Positions 1-9,233 of a stretch of 60,119 nucleotides of DNA are shown one piece after another. A program made the translations under genes and the position numbers. Position 1 is the first letter of the stretch. Each line of letters begins with the position of its first letter. The notes below the pieces were generated by a model. The model saw only the letters and a list, made by a program, of their open reading frames with translations. It did no database searches and was not told the DNA's origin. The stretch is taken from NCBI RefSeq assembly GCF_001194135.2, contig NC_068985.1:34805996-34866114 (forward strand). Direction: 5' to 3'. This DNA is from Octopus bimaculoides. Taxonomy: Eukaryota.

Positions 1-159
1 CTTTTAGTCTGTTAACATATTTCTACATACATATATGTGTGTGAGAGTGTGTTTGAGTCTATCTCATTAGTGTTTATTATGGCAATATCATAAGAATACT
101 AACATGACCTAAATGTAATTTATAGCCATGACTTAAATTCTTGCATTAAGTTCTTACAG

Positions 160-201
160 ACATAGATGATGTTTATGACAGTGTTTCAAGGGAACCTGAA
201 G
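160..201 (+). CDS. Gene 1 micro-exon B1 (42 nt, phase 1-1): (D)IDDVYDSVSREPE, tyrosine-motif segment of a putative receptor cytoplasmic tail
   Basis: ttcttacag|...|gtaagt canonical sites; length a multiple of 3; homologous to three other copies (6662, 9154, 16307) with conserved splice sites; the phase-0 frame hits TAG, fixing the frame. Confidence 0.8.
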
Positions 202-466
202 GTAAGTGCATAAGCACTCAGTTAAAAAATTACATGCACTGGAGCAATAGTTCGCAAATATCATGGTTTATTGTTTCATTGAGTACTATAGACAGCTTAA
301 TGTATGCATTTGATCATTTATTTCAGTCATTGCATTGCAGCCATGCTAATGCCTCACCTTGAACAAATATTAGTTTCTTATGCCAGACTGCAAAGCTCTC
401 TTGATATATAAGAACCTTGGCAAAGTGGCCTCACCTGTGCTTGTGCCACGTAAAAAGCAATAAGTC

Positions 467-795
467 TGTAGTGACGTCACATTGGCGCCAAAAGGCCGAC
501 GCCATTGCTGAATCCTTAACCATGCATGCGTGGGTTTCAACATCGAAGCGTTCCCGCTATTAGACTGTCTCTTACCAAGCCAGACAGCGACCAAGCAAGA
601 CGTCTAAGCAAGCTCTCCCATTTGAGTGTGGTTGAACCAAGTTGTCTCTATAACGACACCAGCTCGAAGAACCGTACATCTACATTTCAGGCTACTCTAA
701 AACCGGACAATTAGAAGCTGTTTTATTTTCCACTGAACAATAAATATTTGTTGTTGTTGATCAGTTTGGAGTTTCTGCGTTCAGTTCTCTTCCAA
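467..795. mobile_element. CpG-rich intronic insertion, possible solo LTR
   Basis: Starts TGTAG, AATAAA near 739, many intact CpGs against a CpG-depleted background; no TSD found; end approximate. Confidence 0.3.
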
Positions 796-1291
796 TTTAA
801 TGTAGGAAAGTTAGGTGTATATCTAAAGATATATAACCCACTCTCCTAAAAGTCCAATCTGCTGAGTGGTTGGTGTTAAGAAGGGATTCCAGCTGTAAAA
901 TTCCTGCCAAATGACTTATAGAATTTTGGTGCAGTCTTCTGCCTGATCTGTGCTTGTCAAACTGTCCGACCCATGCCAGTATGGAAGGTGGACATTAAAT
1001 GACGATGATGATGATGATGTTGATGATATGCATATGTTCATACAGTAGGCTTCTTTCAGTTTCTTTCTGCCAAATCCACTCATGAGGTTTTGGTTGGCCT
1101 GAAGTTATACAAGAAAATGGAATTGGACTGAACCAGAGCCTTATCACATAGTAATGCCTGTGCCTTTGTATGATTATATATAAACTATAGAATTTATTTT
1201 TTGGGCTTCTTTCTATGCAACAACAAAAATTTAAATCATCCTCTCAAAACAATAGATATGCACATTTTTATATAATTTCTTGTTGTTGTGA

Positions 1292-1345
1292 AAGTGCAGC
1301 ATGCTGAAGTTAGTGCGCATGAATATTTATATATAAAAGAAACGG
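1292..1345 (+). pseudogene. Degenerate copy of micro-exon A (A1): (E)VQHAEVSAHEYLYIKET
   Basis: Ungapped 54-nt alignment to A2/A3, but the acceptor position reads GA and the donor reads CTAAGT; upstream flank 1040-1290 is homologous to 5870-6070. Confidence 0.65.
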
Positions 1346-1599
1346 CTAAGTCTAGACTGTTGAATGGCATCCCAGTCAAGATGGTATTTTTTCTTCTCTT
1401 ACTCTTCTTTTTTGCACACATCTACAAAATGACTTTCTAAAATGAAATTCCATTATGCAGCTGAGGAGTACATTTTCATTACACATTTTATGTAGTGTTC
1501 TCACTACATGAATAAATGAAGTTTGTACGAAACGTACGAACTGCTATAACCTATTGAATTTCTGTTGCTTTTCTTCAAATATATATATATGTTATTATA

Positions 1600-1850
1600 N
1601 NNNNNNNNNNNNNNNNNNNNNNNNNNNNNNNNNNNNNNNNNNNNNNNNNNNNNNNNNNNNNNNNNNNNNNNNNNNNNNNNNNNNNNNNNNNNNNNNNNNN
1701 NNNNNNNNNNNNNNNNNNNNNNNNNNNNNNNNNNNNNNNNNNNNNNNNNNNNNNNNNNNNNNNNNNNNNNNNNNNNNNNNNNNNNNNNNNNNNNNNNNNN
1801 NNNNNNNNNNNNNNNNNNNNNNNNNNNNNNNNNNNNNNNNNNNNNNNNNN
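1600..1850. other. Assembly gap (N run)
   Basis: 251 N flanked by (TA)n. Confidence 1.
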
Positions 1851-1889
1851 ATATACATATATATATAATATACTGTGCATGAGACCATA

Positions 1890-2550
1890 ACCCGTAGCCT
1901 TTTCCAGGGGTGTGGCCAGCCCACTTATGCGTACCTTTCCTTCTTTGGACACAAAACCCTGCTTGCGTAGACCTGTTGAGGCTAGTGAAATCAAAATCAA
2001 AATCAAACCAAATTTGATGACTGGCATCCATACCAACCTTCCTTCATTGGATACTAAACCCAGCTTGCAAAGACCTGTTGGGTCAAGTGAGATCGAAACT
2101 GAACCAAATTCGATGACTGGCACCAATGCCAGTGGAGCACTAACAGGACTATCTGAGTGGGATCACTGCCAGAATAGTGGACTTACTCCCGTGCCGGTGA
2201 CACGTAAAAAGCACCATTTGAGTGTAATCGCTTCCAGCTTCGCTTTACTGGCACTTGTGCCGGTGGCATGTGAACTAAATATTGGACTAATTCCTGTGCA
2301 GGTGGCACATAAAAAACACCATTTGAGCGTGGCCGTTGTCAGTACCGCCAGACTGGCCCTCGAGGTGGTGGCACGTAAAAAGCACCCACTAGACTCTCAT
2401 AGTGGTTGGTGTTAGGAAGGGCATCCAGCTGTAGAAACTCTGCCAAATCAGATTGGAGTCTGGTGTAGCCATCCGCTTCGCCAGTCCCCAGTCAAATCGT
2501 CCAACCCATGCTAGCATGGAAAGCGGATGTTAAATGATGATGATGATGAT
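1890..2550 (+). mobile_element. RTE-LINE 3' UTR / shared SINE tail ending in (ATG)n
   Basis: Same modules as the 3' end of the RTE at 38450-39058, including an internal ~95-bp tandem duplication. Confidence 0.75.
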
Positions 2551-3589
2551 GATATATATATAGATAGATATATATAGATATATTCACACACACACACATG
2601 AAAGGCTTCTTTCAGTTTCCATATATCTAATCTGCTCATAAGGCTTTCACCCGCCCAGGGATATAGTAAAATACTCTCATAGTGGGACTGAACCCAGATC
2701 ATGTGTTTCAGAAGTAAGCTTCTTACCACTTAGCCACACCTGCAAAACTTTAAGAATGGAAAAGATCTCATTTCATGTACAACAAACTTCTTGCGGAAAT
2801 TCATATCTAACTCTGATATTTTAGGCTTTTATTAATCCTAAACTGTGTGTTCCACCCACATGCAACAAGAAAACAATTCATATGCTCTACCTCAACAAAT
2901 CAGCCTACATCTCTACATCTCTTCTCTTCCTCACATTTCTTCCTTCATAAACTATGCCTAGCTGTCACTCCTCAATCCTGTCCTCACGGCCCTGCTCCTC
3001 TGTATCATGGCTATCCGGTAGCCCTCCCAACTCTATATATACCCAGGTTTTCACCACTCACATCCTCTCTCCACTTTTAATCACACTTACTTTGCAATAT
3101 CTTGCCGCTTATGTTATGGTGTTTGAACCTCAAGGGAATAGCATGGCACTTCCTTTACGCAATCATCCCATTTATATTCTAATCCCCATCCATTGTGAGT
3201 ATGCCCAGCATTTTGCCACCATCTCTACCCTGCTGTCTCATACTCTCTCTTCGGTGCACCTACTTTTGTCTTCATTCCTGATTTCTCTATCTCTCTCTCT
3301 CTGGCCAGGTAACCTTGTATCTCCTCTACAACTACACACATGTTTCTGTCTCTCTGTCTCACTGTAACCTTTCTAACCCATTAATCATCCATGAACTCAA
3401 AAGGGTTAATTAGGTTAAGCTTTATTTGTGAAAAACTGTTGTTTTGAATTTGCTGCAGAAAGTGGTCTACATTTGTGGTGTTGAGTGTGTTTGGGGGTGC
3501 TAGGAATGTGGCTCCAATATCAAGGGGGCAGCAGCCTGAAAAAGTTTGGGAACCACTGCTCTAAAGCAAAGGGCAGTAGTGTATTTATA

Positions 3590-4245
3590 TGAAGTTAAGT
3601 GTATGTCCAATCATAGAGTGGCCAGTGGTTTCACATCCACTAGCCCCATGGATGACTTGTCAGAATCTAAAGCCCAAGACAAATATAATTCTTCAACTCT
3701 GGGAGGAAGGAATCTATTACAGTCAGTTAGTTTAATAAGTAACCAAAGAATAAGCAATCTGGGTCAGCAAGGATGGGTTATCTCCCTTACACTAGTTCAC
3801 CTTCAATTGATTCTTGGCCTGGAGATGTTCTTGCTAGTGTTGCTGGAGCTGTCATCAATGCTGTAATCATCAGTGCTCTTGTGGTGATCATCTGTTGATG
3901 TAGTGTAGGCACTGCTGTCACTGGTGGTGATGTGGGTGCCATTGTTTGTAATACTAGGCATGGGGTTGGTAGCCTCACTGATGCTGCTTTTGTTGGAATG
4001 GTCATCATCTTCGGCTATAGTGCTGATGCTGAGGTCATTGGTGTAATTGCTGGAGTTTCTGCCGCTGTTGCTGCTGCTGTTACTGTTGTCATTGATGTTA
4101 TTGGATGATCCACTGCTGCTATTACTATGGTTGCTAAGTGTCTGAGTATTACCACAGACTCACTGAAGGCTCCTTCGGCCTTGCATTGTCCCCCACCACT
4201 GGGAAGTCATTGCATATTCTCTGCAAGAGCAACTAGCCAGGAGAA
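3590..4245 (-). mobile_element. Penelope-like element: inverted GIY-YIG N-terminal part, S/N/T-rich linker and 3' end
   Basis: CSC...PVVGGQCKAE motif (frameshifted); homologous to 21550-21950 and 22220-22320. Confidence 0.65.
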
Positions 4246-4269
4246 TGGTACTTTTCAATAAAGATTTGA

Positions 4270-5110
4270 CATGGGTCAAACAATCCAACCCTGAGAGCTC
4301 CTTCAAAAGGTGATGGGAACCTACAACAGCACCAACGTATGTGATCTCATTGGACTGTACATTCAGGATACCTTAGGGAAGAAGTTCTCTTTGTTCATTT
4401 TTGGTCTCTGGAGAGATGATGCTCTGGCCATCTTTAGAGGAGCCAAAAAACACACACTTGATAGGCTTAGAAAGGACCTGATTAGCACCTTAGGCTCCAT
4501 GGAACTCAAAATTACTACTGAGACTAACATCACCACCATAGACATCCTTAGATATTACTCTAGATATACACACAGGCCCTACCACAAGCCAAATGAGAGG
4601 CTTTCCTACATCTACACAGCTTCCTGCCCACTCCCTATTGTGTTCAAGAACCTAGTGAAGGGTATCAGCAAGATCTCGAAATTATCCTCAAGTCAAGAAA
4701 GTTTCGACACTGCAGCCCCACTGGCATTGGCATTCAGTGAGTTTAAGGACTGCATCACCTACATACTGGACCCTAGCACCAATAAAAGAAGTGCCACTGG
4801 AGCGCCGTTTGGTTTACTCCACTCCTCTCACTCAACGTCAAAATTTGTGTGGGAAGACTACTCCTCAGGTTAGTAGACAAACACTTCATGCAGACACACA
4901 GGTATATATGTTTGTTCAATAGGCACAACCTAAGGGTCTCTTTTAGTTGCACACCCAACATGAAAAGTATATTAGCAAATATCCATAAAATGTGGCAGCA
5001 ACAACATTTCCATGTCCAGAGCCAAGTGAAGATGTATCAGAAATGTGAACACAACCAATGCTCATGCCTGGAAATTGCTAAAAGAATGCATAATTATGTA
5101 GCTTAATATG
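4270..5110 (+). mobile_element. Penelope-like reverse transcriptase fragment (degenerate)
   Basis: ORF 4310-4873: MGTYNSTNVCDLIGLY...GLWRDDALA...PYHKPNERLSYI, matching the PLE MGSY.GAE.C.LVGL / YRDDGL / Y.KPN...YI motifs. Confidence 0.85.
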
Positions 5111-5639
5111 TACCAAAAACACATGTGAGCTCCATCTTTATACTTTATTGCTTCAGATCAAGTGCCAAAGCGTAGTCACATAGCCAGCAGCAAATAATGA
5201 ATTTAAACTGTGTACTATATGGTTTCAGAGTTAGGAAAATTTTACTGTGTAAGTTATGGGGGTAAAAGATTAGAATAATTTATTACCAGTGGTGCACATG
5301 CATACTAAAAGTCATAAGATGACATATTTTCATATATAAGAGTGTATAGAGATTTATACACAGAGAGAAGAACCTTGACAGGACTTACTTATGGATTCTT
5401 TTTGTGATCCCACCAATGAACTACGAATGACAAATTAATTTATTTGCTCGTTAATAGAGAAGCTCGAGTATGAGATTAATTGATAATTTTTTCTTTGGTT
5501 CTATTCATTCTAGTACCATTATCAGCATACCTTTAGAATTATTTTTTCATGGTTTGGATTTAACTGCCCTTTTTAGCATGTAAGAAGTCCTGTCAAGAGT
5601 CTTCTCTATATCTCTCTGATTAAATCTTTATACACTCCT

Positions 5640-5674
<35 letters not shown>

Positions 5675-5684
5675 ATCTAAAAAA

Positions 5685-5870
5685 ATGAAGAAAAACACAA
5701 GAAGAGAAAAACAACAACATGAGGATGTGGTACATGCAAAGTATTAAAAGACGCTCAGGGAAGGAAAGAAAGGTTGTTTTATGTTTTGAGTAAAGCTCTT
5801 CTTCAGAAACAAGAGACAGAGGAAAGTCCTAGAGAAAAGGAAAACGGAAGAAAAAATTTGCCAATAATCC
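5685..5870 (-). mobile_element. Short Penelope-derived non-autonomous repeat, copy 1
   Basis: Clear similarity to 55390-55570; carries a hammerhead-like core. Confidence 0.6.
5779..5806 (-). ncRNA. Decayed minimal hammerhead ribozyme motif
   Basis: Minus strand CTGAAGAAGAGCTTTACTCAAAACATAA; differs from CTGAAGAAGAGCTTTGCTCGAAACGTAA by G>A changes, two of them at CpGs. Confidence 0.4.
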
Positions 5871-6072
5871 ATGCCAAATCACCTCATGAGGTTTTGGTTG
5901 AACTGTGGCTATAGAAGAAAATGGAGTGGGACTGAACTGGAGCCATGTGGTTAGATAGCAAGATTCTTAACACATACCAAGGCCTGCATCTATGCATGTT
6001 TATATATAAAATATATAATTTATTTGTTTCTTTTTTGCTTCTTTCTATGCAACATCAAACAATAAATATGCC

Positions 6073-6350
6073 TAATTACCTCCACCTTAGCGAAGGTGGA
6101 GGTATTGTTTTCAGTTGTGTTTGTTTGTTTGTCCATGGATATCTCAAGAACTGCTGGACAGATTCAGGAATGTTTGGTCTCGTGACTAGCACAAACTGAT
6201 TAGGTTTTGGAATCGATCTGGTACCGGACAAGGATTCTTGATTATTTTTCTGGTTTTTTACTTAATTTTTGAGAGTGGTCGGGTTCATTTCAGATATTGT
6301 CATTTAAAAATTCATCTCTGGCTAATCGTTGAGAGGACATCGGTGTTACC
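6073..6350. mobile_element. Helentron-associated (HINE-like) non-autonomous element
   Basis: Perfect 12-bp hairpin TACCTCCACCTT-AGCG-AAGGTGGAGGTA (6077-6104) followed by (GTTT)-like repeat; absent from the paralogous flank at 1230-1290; related to 45655. Confidence 0.55.
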
Positions 6351-6368
6351 TTGTTTTTGATACTTTAG

Positions 6369-6422
6369 AAGAGCAACATGCTGAAGTAAGTGATCCTGAA
6401 TACTTATATATGAAAGTACCAG
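6369..6422 (+). CDS. Gene 1 micro-exon A2 (54 nt, phase 1-1): (E)EQHAEVSDPEYLYMKVP; GC donor
   Basis: tactttag| acceptor; CAG|GCAAG donor at the position where A3 has GG|GTAAG; four synonymous differences from A3 in the EQHAEV..PEY part; internal GAA|GTAAGT at 6385/6386. Confidence 0.7.
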
Positions 6423-6661
6423 GCAAGAACTGTCAATATTGTTAGTACACAGAATGATCTTAGAAATCATCTTGAAGACAGAAAGCTAACAATTACGAAA
6501 TGCATCATACTGGCACTTTTGCCTATCAATGCATGTATTTGTGTGTGAGTGTGTTTGAGTCTATCTCATTAGTGTTTATTATAGTTGTCTCTGCACAATA
6601 TCAACATAGTATAAATGTTATTTATAGCCATGTATTTAATTCTATTTTTTATTTTTTAAAG

Positions 6662-6703
6662 ACATGGATGGTGTTTATGTTAATGTTTCAAAGAACTCTG
6701 GTG
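6662..6703 (+). CDS. Gene 1 micro-exon B2 (42 nt, phase 1-1): (D)MDGVYVNVSKNSG
   Basis: attttttaaag|...|gtaagt; paralogous to B1/B3/B4 with a conserved upstream intron. Confidence 0.8.
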
Positions 6704-6939
6704 GTAAGTACAAAAGCAATCCATTAATAAAATTACATTCATTAGAGCAAGAGTTAGCAAATGCCTTGGTTCGTTCTTTGTCTGAGTAGTATAGGCAACT
6801 TAATATATGTCTTATCTTTTACTTGTTTTAGTCATGGTACTTTGGCCATGCAGAAGCACTGTCTTGAAGGGTTTAGTCCATCAAATCTACTCAAGTACTT
6901 ATTCTATTGGTTTCTTTTGCCAAACTTTTATGGCAGACG

Positions 6940-7820
6940 AACATTTTTTTTTATGTCCTGTACCCATATATGCATGTATGTATACATATAGATGTAGGTA
7001 TGTGCATATATGTATGGATATATGCATATATCTATATATTATTTATATTATTATATGATCGAATGCCACGCATCCTTTTCCAAGTAAGTTTTATTGTAAT
7101 AATTACAATGCGCACTCTTCTACTATCTCTCTCCCTCTCTTGTTCTTCATCCTTTCTGTTTTTCTCTCCCACCCTGTCCTTATTCTTCTCTCCCTTTCAC
7201 CATTCCATCTCTCTCTCTCACTCCTCCTTTTCCTCCTTGACTCTCTCGTCGCTGACACGTGATGAAAGGGGTTCTTTCTTTCTGCCCACTGGTCTTCCTA
7301 AAGAACAGACGTGTTTTTTCGGTCTCTTCTACTTAGCGTTCATAATAATTTTTCTATCATCTTGGCTCAACAGACCTCACCGTTTGTTTTTACTGTCTTG
7401 TTCTCACTGTCTTGTTTTTACTGTTTTTATTGTTTTTACTGTCTTGTTCTCACTGTTCTGTTCTTGTTAACACTTTCACCCTCTGCAAAAAATTCCAAAT
7501 TTTATTTAATTTGCTTTCCGGGAAGGACTGTTCCAACAAAGTCACATATTGTCCTTGCTTTTGAAATGCGGAGTAGATGGAACAGGGACAACTGACGAAG
7601 GGATATACTCTTTATGCTGCATGTCTCGTTTCTCTGTTTGTTTTTTCGTTGTTTGAAACAAGTTCGTTTTCTGTTTTCATTTTTCTGTTTTCGTTTCTCA
7701 TTGTATTTAACATTTTCTTTTGATGTCCTGTACCCATATATGCCTGTATGTATACATATAGATGTAGGTATGTACATATATGTATGGATATATGCATATA
7801 TCTATATATTATTTATATTA
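6940..7820. repeat. ~111-bp direct repeats (6940-7050, 7709-7820) bracketing a ~660-bp pyrimidine-rich insert
   Basis: aacatttt..atgtcctgtacccatatatgc...tatattatttatatta present twice. Confidence 0.8.
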
Positions 7821-7840
7821 ATATATATATNNNNNNNNNN

Positions 7841-7881
<41 letters not shown>

Positions 7882-8863
7882 TTTTTTTATTGATATATAA
7901 TGGTTTTCTTTCAGCTTCTTGTCACTGGCACAGAGCTATAGTAAATTACACTTGCCTAAGGTGTCTCACAGTGGGAATGAACCACACAGCTACACCTGCA
8001 AAACTTTGAAAAGGTTAAAATTTCATAGCATATACAATACAATTCTTGCAGACATTCCTACTTAACTGTGATATTTTACCCTTCTTTTAAACTTTACCCT
8101 TAATATCGCAGTTCATAAGCATATATTTTAAAACCTTTATATATACAAATAAACCAAATAATTATATAACTAATACTGGATTCAGTGGATGTTTGCCTAG
8201 ACATGAGACACAAAGTATGGAAGAAATTTGCTATGGTGAATGTGATCAGTTGTTGTTGTTGAGTATTCAAAGTCCCTCCTGCTTATGAATTACTCTAACA
8301 AGAAAGTGATCTTAGAAGGAATTTTATTTCTGTGAAGGTATTCGTTAATGGTATCTCATAATGATAACATTGTCACCTTTAAATATCAGTTAAATATTGA
8401 AGTGATGGAAATAGTACAACACCCTACCAAATATTGATATAATCAACTTTAGTGTCAGTGCATTCTGAGATCAAATCCCATTGAAGTAAATTTTGTTTAA
8501 TTAGCCTCTCAATAAGTACTACTTTTACCTAATTAATAGCACTTTCCTTATAAAATAGAATTTTTAGTGCCACTTTACTGAGGAACCCTTTTTCTAAACT
8601 CTAACTTTGAAATGGCATATTAACCAAAATTGCCTTTGAGTCCTTTTGTTCATACCAAATAAATTTCTTGGGTAATACTTATCTTTTTACAATATGTGAA
8701 TGAGAGCGGTTAAAAGACCTCTATTGTGCATGGACTTCCACTGGATTTAGATAACTTCTGTTTCTAAATTCATGTTTCTATATAAAATATATATACATGC
8801 TACTATCTGTGCCACTTTCAAAATATTTAGACTATCCTTTCATTTAATTTCTTGATGCTGTAG

Positions 8864-8917
8864 AAGAACAACATGCTGAAGTTAATGAACCAGAATATTT
8901 TTGTGTGGAAGATCTGG
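8864..8917 (+). CDS. Gene 1 micro-exon A3 (54 nt, phase 1-1): (E)EQHAEVNEPEYFCVEDL
   Basis: atttcttgatgctgtag|...|gtaagt canonical; the ~240-nt A-B intron is conserved with unit 2. Confidence 0.8.
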
Positions 8918-9153
8918 GTAAGTAGAATCAATATTGTTAATACACAACATGGTCTTAGAAATAATCTTAAATAAAAACAGAAAGCTAACAATAATGAAAT
9001 GTATCACTGTTAATATATGTGTATATGCATGTATGTGTGTGTAAGTGTGTTTGATTTTATCTCATTAGTATTTACTATGGTAGTATCAGTACATTAACAT
9101 AATATAAATGTTATTTGTAGCCATGTTTTTAATTCTTTTTGAATTTCTTAAAG

Positions 9154-9195
9154 ACATGGATGATGCTCATTTCAACATTTCAAGGAAACCTGATG
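9154..9195 (+). CDS. Gene 1 micro-exon B3 (42 nt, phase 1-1): (D)MDDAHFNISRKPD, Tyr replaced by His
   Basis: tttcttaaag|...|gtaagt; TAT>CAT at the position that is Tyr in B1/B2/B4. Confidence 0.75.
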
Positions 9196-9233
9196 GTAAG
9201 TTTGCAAATATCTTGGTTCATTCTTTCTTTGAG

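Noticed and set aside
1523-1543. GTTTGTACG-AAA-CGTACGAAC hairpin
   Set aside because: Single short palindrome with no upstream CTGANGA core and no second copy.
7589-7630. CTGACGAAGGG hammerhead-like start
   Set aside because: No GAAA after a closable stem II on the same strand.
8200-8234. ttgcctag|...|gtgaat candidate exon (HETQSMEEICY)
   Set aside because: 35 nt, asymmetric, and absent from the paralogous units.
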